A stretch of DNA of 63,986 nucleotides, counting the filler, from Gonapodya sp. JEL0774 (taxonomy: Eukaryota): NCBI GenBank assembly GCA_027604505.1. It is 3 parts of 3 records of this genome, joined end to end, with 100 filler letters (N's around TTAATTAATTAA, not from the genome) between each part and the next. Parts side by side here need not be neighbours in the genome. Positions count along the whole stretch, not along the records: positions 26,769 to 53,376 come from JADIIX010000221.1; positions 53,477 to 63,986 come from JADIIX010000378.1; 1 more part is not named here. One strand, 5' to 3'. A program made the translations under genes and the position numbers. Under the pieces are notes generated by a model that saw only the letters and a program-made list of their open reading frames with translations, searched no databases and was not told the DNA's origin. Numbering within the stretch: the first letter of the stretch is position 1; each line of letters begins with the position of its first letter. Shown here piece after piece: positions 50,617 to 61,219 of this stretch.

Positions 50617-52447
50617 CGGGGGGGTTGGGGGTGGGGGTTGGTGGTGATGGGTATGGTGGGTGATGGGTGGGAAGGGAAGGAGAGAGCCCGGTCGATTCGA
50701 TGGTTGGTGCTGTGGGTGCAGTGGAGATCGCGTTGTGTGAGTGTCCGCGTCCCTCCCTCCCTGTGCCCCCTCCCCCCTCCCCTGCTCTCTTCCCCCTTCC
50801 TCCACTTCCCACTTTCTGTCTCTCAATCGTTTCCCATTCCCATCGCACGTGTCCGTCCATCCTTGCATGGTCCATCCAAGCCCCGGATTCAACCGCCCGC
50901 CCGCCACAAACACCACTCGCGTACACTCGGGCCTATCTAGGTAGGTCCACGGGAGGAGGAACGCGGATCGTCGCGTTCTTTCTCCCTCCTCCTTCTTCTT
51001 CTTCTTCCGTCTCTCCTCTCTGTGTGGGCCGCCCGTGTCCCCAGCCCGTGTCATCACCACCTCGCGCTCTCCACGCACCCCCCACCCCCACCGGCCCCCA
51101 TCCAGACCCACCGAACAAAGTGAATTTAGTTACAGGCAGGCAGGCGAGCGAAAAGGACTTTATTCCCGTATCCGATGGCTCATCAAACGGTGAGTGCTTC
51201 GGGGTGTTTCTTGGAGTTGGTTGCGCTGGAAGGGGGGGAACTGAGTGCGTCCTCAGTCACCTCACCGCGCCCCGCCCCCCACATACAGAGGGAGGTCGGG
51301 TTGAGGCTAAACTGGCCCACGTTTTTCTCCGCGGACGGGACGGGATTATTGTTTCGGAAAAACGGGAGAAATGGCAAAACTGGCAAAATGGGGAAACCGC
51401 ATCGGGAGGGTTGGGGGCACACGGAAAGGAAAATGGGAGGTGCGATGAACGGTCTCGATGGAATTACTGTATGAGGTGCATGTACTATTTTGGTCAAAAG
51501 TGTGACGACTGGTGAGACCCGGCCACCGCGACCCCAAAGACCCAAAGACCCGCAGACCCGGAGATCCGGAGAACCCACAGACCGTGTCCGGGCGCCATTC
51601 ACAGCGATTGCGGGGAGAGTGAAGAGTCGGGGAGGTGGTCGCTCTGTCTCCAGATGTACCGGCAGGTGAGCACCATATGTAATAACAAGTACAAATGTAA
51701 TAGATGCATCGATCCATTTACATAAACAACATGCGTGGGTTCCACCGGCTCAATCACGAGCGACCAACCACCGATACATAACGATGATCAAAATATTGAT
51801 CCCGTGGCTGAGGTGCCGAGGGAACAAAAAGTAAAACCTTTTGCCGCGTGTGTGTGTGTGCGGGTGTTACGAGGGGGAGGACCGGTTTCGGGACTCAGCG
51901 GGGCGAAGTGGAAGGGGGGGGGGGGGAGATCAGGTGCAGGCCCCTAAGGGCGGGGAGCCTGTGACATCATCAGACCGGAACTTTTTCCAACCCAAAGCAA
52001 ACGGCAGAAGAAAGACGGGAAAGGCAGAAAGGCGAAAGCGAGAGCGAAGGAGCGAAGGAGAGCACCAAATTCAGCGGGACACGAGAGAGGCCCGGATTCG
52101 ATTTGATTTGATTTGATTTGGTTTGGTTGAGTGGGTGGGGACACAGACACAGACACGGACACGGACACAGCGACGACGACGACGGACGCGGTACCGTAAC
52201 CCAGGGCCAGGACCAGGACCAGGACCAGGGGAGCACAGAGTGAGTTTGGCCCCGATGAAGTGGCCCGAGACCGCGACGAACGCGTCTTGGCACCGCGCCG
52301 TCCACTTGGATCTGGTCGGTCCATTGCGATACAGATATAAGACACAGACATCGCACACTGGTCAATCTCACTCGACCCACCAACCACCAACCAACCCACG
52401 CACGCAGGCCCCCCCAATCACCCACTCCACCCCACGCCCACCCCGCA

Positions 52448-53101
52448 ATGAGTCCCCCCGACGGGTCCGCACCCATCTCCCTCTCCCTCTCCGTCTCCGT
52501 CCCCGTCCCCGTCCCCCTCTCGGTCTCGGTCCCCGTGTCTCTGGGCCCGTCCAGACACCCCTCCGTGGCCATCATGGGCGCAGGTGGTGGTGGTGGTGTG
52601 CACGGCGACCTCCACACCGACATCCACACCGACACCGACACCGACACCGAGCCGCCGCACGCCCACTCCGCCCCACCTCCGCCCCCGCTCCCCATCCACC
52701 ACATCCCCCGCCCGCTCATCCCCGCCCTCTTCGACTCCCTCCACGCCTTCCTCCGCCCCATCACAGGCGGCCTCGTCCCTCTCCCCCTGCTCACCCGGCT
52801 CATCCTCCACCGCGCCTCCCTGCTGCACACCCCCTCTGCCCCCTGGCCCTCCCAACTCGGCGGCGCCGCTGCCCACGACTGCTACGTGCTCAACCTGCGC
52901 CACTTGCTCGACGCCATCCGGTGGGACCAGTTGACTCCCTTTGCCAGACTGTTTGTGCCTTTGGCCTTTGGCGTGGGCGGTGTCGAAGTCAGGAAGAGGA
53001 TCGGACAGGCTGTCCGGGACGACCCGGACGTGTGTGAGTCGGTGTTGAAGCCAGTGGTGGTGGTGTGTGGGGCAATGAGGTCCGGGACGTCATTGATGCA
53101 G
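52448..53101 (+). CDS. Sulfotransferase family protein (Sulfotransfer_3-like), 5' part only, truncated by the gap
   Basis: KPVVVVCGAMRSGTSLMQ matches the 5'-phosphosulfate-binding loop (G-x-x-R-S-G-T-S/T) and is followed by a GTGAGT donor. Start could be 52448 or 52573. Confidence 0.65.
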
Positions 53102-53149
53102 GTGAGTCGTCGAGCGCGTCACGGGAGGTCGGTACTCGGGAGGTTTCGA

Positions 53150-53275
53150 GCCCCGCCGAGTCGGAGGCGAGATGGTTCATATGTCACATGGGACAGTTCA
53201 TAGAGGATTCGTATTGGACAGGTCATATGGGGTTCATATGGGACAGTTCACATGAGACAGTTCATATATGACACC
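53150..53275 (+). repeat. Intronic array of ATGGGACAGTTCAYATG-like units
   Basis: 'gagatggttcatatgtcacatgggacagttcatag...catatgggacagttcacatgagacagttcatatatg'. Confidence 0.75.
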
Positions 53276-53376
53276 TCGTATGTGTTGTGGCCGCCGGCCC
53301 CCGCGGGGGGGGGGGCGGGGCCGCCGCCCGGCCGCGCGGCGCCCGCCCCGGCGGCCGCCGCGGCGGGCGCGGGGGC

Positions 53377-53476
53377 NNNNNNNNNNNNNNNNNNNNNNNN
53401 NNNNNNNNNNNNNNNNNNNNTTAATTAATTAANNNNNNNNNNNNNNNNNNNNNNNNNNNNNNNNNNNNNNNNNNNN
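53377..53476. other. Assembly gap with TTAATTAATTAA spacer
   Basis: N run with an artificial linker. Confidence 0.97.
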
Positions 53477-53659
53477 ATATTTGTGTCTGCAGGTGAGTGA
53501 TACTTTCGAATATTGCTAGTTCCTCTGTCAAGTATATAAATAGGAATCGTGGTGAAGTGTCAGGGAAACACGATCAACATTAGAATCAAGGGCACTGTCC
53601 AAAATGTCCGGCAAAAGTTAAGGCAAACGCTGCTAGGCGAACTCCGCTTCCTATGCACG

Positions 53660-54990
53660 TCACCAATACAGCAGTGCTGCCGCTGATCGCACGTCAAATT
53701 CCTTGTAGTCCCCCAAACCGCCGAATCCATTCACTTCCCTCTTCTCCATCCAACACGTCCCCCAGCAAGCCTCACATATATCGAGGAGGAGGTACTCGTG
53801 GACGTAGACGCTGCTGATGGGAGGTTGCTTAAGGGCGGATCCCAAGGGTTGTGCGGTGAAGGAAGTGGTTTGTCGAGGGAAGGATAGAATGGCGAGGGTG
53901 CTTCGGTATGTCGTTGCCGCCCACTCTCCGCCATCCGTCTCTCAAACGACTCTGGAGGGCCCTTGATCGACACTGTGACTGACCCCTCGTTGCTCGATGC
54001 GATGGATTCGGCCGCCCAGGGGAGTTGGTGCTCGTGGCTCAAAGAGTCACTTGGAGTGTCGTATTGGATAGTGCTATGAGAAGATGGAGGGGGAATGTGG
54101 AGGTCGAATGAAGATTGGATTGGATAGGGAGGGATGGTCGTGGAGACGGACATGGCAGGAGGTGGAGGTCGTGGGGCTTTGTGTGCCGGGATTGAAGAGG
54201 CAAGTCGGAGGTTTGAGGCTCGTTATCAATCTTCTGATGCGACGTTGGGCAGAAGGGACTCACCATCCGTCATTGGCGTCAATCTATCTCGACGTGGCGT
54301 CCATTTTTCCATCTCTGATCGCACCTTTGTCGTCCGCTCTTTCATGGTACTGTCGATAACATCCCAGTACTCTCGCTTCCGTTTTCGCCAGACCAGCCAG
54401 CCCCCGATAGACAAGACGACAAGTATAATAAGTACGATAGAGACAATAGCCCCAGTCGAGAGAGAGGCAGAACTTTGATTCGAGGTCGTATCGACACCCG
54501 AGTTGGAGGACGCCACATTGGGTTCGTTTGTGGTGCTTGCAACAGAAGAACCAGATGTTTTGGCAGGTATACCTGCCGCTGCGTACGTCCCACCAAATGT
54601 CGTTGTGAGTGACCCCGTTCCAACTGCTGTCGAACCTGCTCCGGTGTGAGCACCGTACTGCGCTTCCGTTGTGGGAGGGATGTAGCCGGCAGTGACTGTT
54701 GTGGAGAGAGATGTAGCGGCTACAGAGACTACAGTGCTGCTTGTTGGAGCTGCTGTAGAAGTGCCCACTGAAACTAATGCTGGTGTAGAAGTGACTACTG
54801 AAACTGATGCTCCGGAAGTGGTGGGTGGAGTGGAATCACTGTTGGAGGACGCGGAGGGAGGTGGAGCACCCGTACTCGCTACATTTGCAGTCGAGGTCCG
54901 GGCTGCAGTGCTCGTGGTGGTAGACGAGGAAGAAGATCCAAAACCGAGCGCGTTGGCGATGTTGTTGAAGAAGTCCAAGATCGCAGACAT
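53660..54990 (-). CDS. Ser/Thr-rich single-pass membrane protein (Mid2/mucin-sensor-like topology)
   Basis: About 170 aa S/T/A-rich stretch, then LSTGAIVSIVLIILVVLSIGGWLVW followed by RKRKR, and a P/S-rich cytoplasmic tail. 3' end approximate. Confidence 0.7.
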
Positions 54991-57691
54991 GGTCCAAATT
55001 CTGATTCCGTTGAAATAATACGATGGAGAGTCGCCGGTGACGTTCGGAAATGAAAATCAGCGAGAAAATCCCAATATTCAACAGGAGGAAGAGAAAGGCG
55101 CCATGCGATCACATCCAGTGAACAGTTTGAGACACTGAGCGAGCTGAGTCGGATGGATGGCGTCACGATTCCCCTAAACCCGCCGGTTTCCAGTCCGATT
55201 CTGCTGTCACTACAAGCAACCTAAAGTAGAATAGCAGGTCTCTGAACTTGTGGAGCGATTATCAACGGATTGGTCACGAAGTCGGATTTTCTTCCTGTTG
55301 CGGACGTGAGGAAAGGAGACCGGGTATGAGGCACTGTGCGTTCCCTTCCAAACACGGTCTATTTTACTGCAACAACAGTGTGTGTATAAAAGACGTTTAT
55401 TCTGTACAACTAGTTGTGCGATCGGCGCTGTTCTTGGTTGAGCGTCCGGAGCTCTGGAAACAGGTGCCAAGGACGACGTGGCGCCTGTGGCACCACAACT
55501 CAGGCACGGCCGAAGACAGATCCTAGCACTCCACGGCCTTCCATTTTACCATTTCTACTATCCACTCACCTTACAACTGGCATATTTTCCATGTGTCCGC
55601 GACTCCGTCCAATAGGGGTCTCCGTACACGAACATGTGTATGTGAGTGGTGACGAGCGGAGGCGTCGGTAGTTGGGACACAGCTAAGACGGGAGCCATGC
55701 TACGAGGGGGTGATGGAGAGAATGGTCGCTGGGAGGGATATTTCGACGCTACCGTTGGACTAATAAAATAAGAGCGAAAGTGATGTGATGTAGCAGTTGC
55801 CTGACTGGATTCCAGCACGTCTCGTCACAGAGCCAGACAATATACTCAACACCAATCTCCGAGGTAGGTCCAGTGTATGAGGGACTCTATCTGTGGCGTT
55901 GTTTAGGAGCATCAATTGTGGAAGCCTGTCACAGCAAGCGTGGAGTTGATGACACAGCTCGGCGAAGCGAAGGTGGGGAGGTGAGTTCGAGAGTCGGCAG
56001 TGGAAGAAGTCTCGAGCCTTGTTGGAGTGGTAAAAGAGGAGGAGGGAGAAGTGGTTGGTGACATGTGGGTACAAGTAGGGAGCACAAGGGAGGAAAAGAA
56101 AATACGAAAATAAGAGTGCCAGCCGCTTTCCACCTCAAAACGCATTCCGTTGTCGCGATCCGGAGTGCCTGCTCACCCAGCGAGTGGCAACAGTCCCTGA
56201 TCCCCTGCATTTTCCAGGTCACATTCCCATACCATCGTCGCTGATGTACCGACGAGTTTTCCGTTGAATTCCCGAACATCTTTGACTCTGCCCGCCGGGG
56301 CTCTTCTTGCAACTCGGCATCAGACTCACATTTTGTTCCACAAACTGGGGTGGCCTCCCTTCCCACTTCCCACGTCTTCCGTAGTAGCGTGAGCGAAGAA
56401 GAGTTCGGTTGTGCGGTGAGGGGTCGTAGGCAGGAGTGCAGAGCGGGGATGAGGGTGGTCATGGGGAACTCCGGGACCAGATGACGAATGGTGGTCCCAG
56501 CTAAAAATGCGTGGAGGCACGACGAACTTTAGGGTTCCGGTCGATATGAGTGCCAGAGCGACAAAGCGTTTTCCGAAAGCTCGGCCGTTAGCGCTGGAAG
56601 TTGGTTGTAGTACTACGAGGGTCTGAGCGAGGGTCTGACTACCGAAGATAAGAGAGAGTTAGTGAAGTTCCAATGCTATTCAAGGCAATTGGTGGACTTA
56701 CCGACTCGAACGCGAATGAGAAGTTTTCGAGTGGTGCTGGATGGGGACGCATCCGATTTGTCGTTAAGGTACCGAGAGCGCGGGGGGGAGATGAGGCAAA
56801 AGCTGGCCGTGTGGAGAAGTATAACAGATAGGGGCTCCCAAATAAAGGCCCTTGGATTATGAGGTGGGGTGGGGTTCGAAGAGAACACGTCAAACGGTTG
56901 GGGAGATGAACAGAGCGTGCCCGCAACACGATCGCCAACACCCATCCATCCACGCGATCCACTTCATTCATGTCGCGCCGATGGCGATAATGATGTAATA
57001 CCTAAGCATAGCTCTGGTCCATGACGAAGGACGGTAAGCAGCCAGTGAGTGGTGGAAGGATGCAGAAGGCTCGACCTGGGAAGAGCGAGCTGCGAGTGCG
57101 AAAGTTCATGCCAATCAAAGAAAAACAAAATGCTCAGCAATACATAGTTGGGATCCTTGATCCCGTGAGTGAAACGCGCTCCATCCGGCAGTGATCCTCC
57201 GCGTATCCACCATGAGCTCGACCAATCGTCCGCACCCGACGCTCCTTTCCTCGCTTTCCTTTGCAGTTCATCTGCGCGGAGGCTGCAGTCCCGGCGGTAA
57301 AGCAAGAGACTTGAAACACGAGATCAAGTAAGTACGCGTTAGCAGGTTCAGCTTCGCGGGGGGTCCATGAACCATAGACGATTGTCAGACTTTTCTGGTT
57401 TGCGAGAGGTCCCCACTCCAAAGACGCGATGGATTTTCAAGTCGCGAAGGATTATCACGTGTAACGCTTGCCGGGAATCGTTGATTCTTTCTGTTGAGTG
57501 GGTGCAGCCACATGAGCGCTTGAATGTTTCTGAATTTACCTTGCCATCAGTTTTGTTCCGTTGAGAATCACCGAGAACGGGAAGAATCTGAAGAGGCGTG
57601 GGTCTCTTCTCCATCTTCGACCGGTGCCCATGAGATCGCCCGCGAGTAAAGTTCGTTCACGATCGCCGACGGACTTCACTTTCTCAGAAAA

Positions 57692-58799
57692 GATGGACAT
57701 GAATCCCTTCAGCACAGATAACGTTTTGAATACCCTCCAGAATTTCGATCAGCATGAGCTGATCGTCTTCACTCACCACATCCTGAACCGCGGATGTCCT
57801 TGTAGCAATCCGTTTCTCGCAAACTTGGGAGGTAATCCCGCGGATGCACTCTTGCATCTTCTCACCGCCGAGCAAAAGAGGAAATGTGCCGTACAGATGG
57901 TTGGAAGCGTTGACCTCGTCGAACATCGGAGGCGTCTGATAGCATCGCTCATTGGCTAGTATCCTCCCGCAAGGATGGATTGGTTGCCGTTACTTGAAAA
58001 AAGCATACCAGAAGCTATTGAAGCGCTCAAGTCACGACGCGACTGCGAACCGTTCCTCAAACTTGATGCCGTGTTCAGCAGAGTTTTCGTCCTCCTTTTC
58101 GGGCATCGCGACCTCACTCAGTATCTGTTGCGAACAACCAACTTACTCGATGTTACAATGGACTTGCTTTATTTTATCGACACTATGGACTCACCTTTCA
58201 CACCGGGGACTGATAAATTGGACCAAGTCAAGGTTGATTTGCTAATGTGGTGCTTGACCTTGCAAGATATTGCTGGGTCTCACAGCATTTCCTGAGACTC
58301 CTGAACTCACTCGTGATAAGTTGACAGCCCATAAGCTGGCCTTGAGTTTGGCAGTTAAACGTTCTCAAGAACATCGGAAGTGTTCGGACATTGTAAACTG
58401 CCAGACACAGCGCAACAAACCTCGGCATGTAGAAAGTTGGTGCAACCTGATGCGTGGTCTATCCCATTGAGTGGAAGAAGGTATATCGCACGACTTTGCT
58501 CCCCGTTCTCCATGGCAAATTGCTTCAACTACGCAGTGTGTTCCCGAATTGCATGCGTGGTGGGCACCGCAGGAGATACTTCACTTGTTGCTGTTCCCGG
58601 TGGGAAGCTACCTACAGTGAAACTCGATATGTGCAGAGGCTGTCGTATTGTACGTTACTGCTCACCACAGTGCCAAAAGGCAGATTGGAAACTACGCAAA
58701 CCACTGTGTGGTAACGGACCACCGCCTGATGTGTGGATGGGCATCATTAAAATGCAAAGGGAGTGTGGAGTTGTTTCAGAATCTTTGTCACTGACATAA
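57692..58799 (+). pseudogene. MYND-type zinc finger protein gene, apparently disrupted
   Basis: C-terminal CFNYAVC...LDMCRGCRIVRYCSPQCQKADWKLRKPLC (MYND, conserved His replaced by Arg); in-frame TAG at 57957-57959; two frame changes near 58280 and 58460. Confidence 0.65.
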
Positions 58800-60169
58800 A
58801 ACCAACCTTTTGAAATCCAGACGCCATACTGACCCTTGTCCTTTTCATCCTCGGCACCTGTCCCGATCGTGTTCAATGCATTGGATGCTCACCATGGTTT
58901 TGTCGGAGCCAGTCAGCCAAATTCGGCATGGGAATGGGGGGGAATCAACCGCCCGTCTTATGGCTCTAAAGAACTGTGTGCCCACGTTCGAATATATCTA
59001 TGATCATTTTGTCATTGTCTACAAAGTCCAACTGAACGTCTCTAATCTGAAATCTCTATATCCCTCAAAGTTTTTAATTTATTCTATATGCCTATCGGGG
59101 TGAAAATTGCGGACTCCGTCACATACATCAGTCTCTTCGGAGGAGAGCGAGCTACTGGAACCACAACCGTATCAATCAAAGAAAATCCAAAGCGGTCAAC
59201 AATACATACTTTCTCGGGATTTTGTAGTCCATGAACGAAAAGAGCTCATTTCTTGGCTTCCGTGTACTCCACCCCGGCTCATGATCTGCTCAACCAATTA
59301 TCATTTGCACCCAACGATCCACCTCTTGCCGTTGCCATTCTCCCGTGCGTGATTCGCAGCCATGGCGGAAACACAAGATATACAATAAGTGGACCCCGAT
59401 TCAAGCAATCCACACTCCGCCGCGCGGCGATGGTGATCAGAGACCTTCCTGGCTTGCGAGACGTCCCAAATCCAATAATGGCGCGATGATATTCCAAGTG
59501 ATGCTTGTCGCAATGCATTGATTTTTGTACCATTGTGTCTTTGTGTGCATTTTTCGACAATATATTGGTTCTCGATTTGCGCAGGCGGACAGGTGTACGA
59601 CAACTTGGTAGAACTGATCGCTGCCCTCCCGCTGCGCGCGTGCGTCTTGCGGCTCTCGTTTACTGGTTGGCGGCCCCTTCTTCTTTCCCTGTGTTTATAT
59701 TTTTTTCCCCTCTCGGAGGATTCCGCTCTCGGGTGAGTCGAAAATGCCGCTGATGAGCGCCGACACGAACTGCGGGACACGTAAACTGCTCGACCATCCA
59801 TCGGGCCTACCGCATTCTTCCATCACGGATGTGTATCATGGTACACTAGACACCTCCGCTCGCGAACGGTGGGCGGCGCATCTTCCCCCGGCGCATGAGT
59901 CCGACGATTTTTCACCTCCCCTCCCCCTGATTCGGCACTCGTGCCACACCGGGTTGGTGGTTGCCGGCTCCGGAAACACCGGTTTTCTAATCTGGGCTTG
60001 CTGGCTGAACCGTCGTCCGTCATAGGACTCAATGCTCCGGATTGGTATTATTATTGTTGCCGTGGGGAACCCTAAACTGAAATCGCACCGTTTCTTGACT
60101 ATAGTCTCGGTTTGAACGGAGCAATCAAGTCCGACTTCCCGACACATATACTGCTCTGTTCCCATCGCG

Positions 60170-60799
60170 ATGGCTCATTTTAAGGTACGCCTTTCCTCCC
60201 GCGAGGACCCATTCCAACCTGCTCGCTCGCTCATATTCCTTACAAAAATCTGGACACCAAAGAAAACAACGTACTTCCTCTCACTCGTGGTCTGGTTCAC
60301 ACTCTGTCTCTCTGCTTGCTGTGACAGGCAGGAGATATGGCTGTACACTCTGGCGTCCTGTGTGGACAAGTCCAACAACGCTCAGTCTACCAAATTCTTT
60401 CAATTCAAACACTGGATCCCTTCGGCTAGTCCTGACATCATCTTTGAAAATCAACCGTTTTATCTTCCTATCTACCCCGGACCCAGATCAGTAAAGTCTG
60501 AATGCCACGATTTCAACGTACAAGGGGATGACAAGGTTTTCTGCATGTACACAAACGCAGTCACAGGCCAGGGAGGACCATATTGGGGAGTCAACTTACA
60601 GAAGGATTATCTCTCCAAAACATAGAAGGATGTGATTGCCACAGCCTCCTGCTTAAGCAATTCATGCATGGTGGCTGGTGAAACGGCAATGCTAAACTGC
60701 TATCCAGGAACCCCCGGCAACATCGCGTACAGTACATCGTCCGAGACTTGTGCAACGGTGGCTGTGTGCCCAAGTGTTAAGAACATCACAGACACTTGA
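60170..60799 (+). pseudogene. Hypothetical Cys-containing secreted/anchored protein with one internal TAG
   Basis: Hydrophobic YFLSLVVWFTLCLSACC; the frame continues past TAG 60623-60625 with KDVIATASCLSNSCMVAGETAMLNCYPG...TCATVAVCPSV to TGA 60799. Confidence 0.35.
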
Positions 60800-61219
60800 T
60801 ATTGATGGATCGTCTGGAGTCTAGTGGAATGATCGAAAGCGTATTAGGAGTGTGTCGAGTTTGGACTGCCGACTCAACTGAGTGTTTCGTGGTTAATTAT
60901 GGCAGTATCATGCTCAGGGTTGTTTTAAAAGGGTGCGGCCGTGGGGAGTGGGGTAGCTTGTTCAGTAATACGATGGAGACTAATTTGGTCGCCCCTACAA
61001 TTTGGCCTTGGAAACCACGTGGCTTACTGTCAGACTAGTCAAAAGGGTATTTGTATTGCAAAGAACAATCCAACTCAAAACTACATGGAACCCGCTCCGG
61101 CTCAAGATACACAATCTATCAGCAGCAGGTACACGGCACATCAGGTTATGCGATTCGGCACCCGCTTTCGTACCGTCACGAAATTTGAAGCTTGTATGCC
61201 AATGCGATGCCAGCGGTGA

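Noticed and set aside
50667..52400. Long overlapping ORFs between ABCG and the sulfotransferase
   Set aside because: Products are translations of hexamer microsatellites and GC-rich sequence.
23994..53101. Dioxygenase, sulfotransferase and ABCG as a single detoxification cluster
   Set aside because: The dioxygenase is more than 20 kb away, separated by housekeeping genes and an assembly gap.
53285..53376. Pure G/C stretch before the gap
   Set aside because: Typical low-quality contig end; cannot be interpreted.
55600..57300. Scattered minus-strand ORFs
   Set aside because: No coherent exon chain or domain could be supported.
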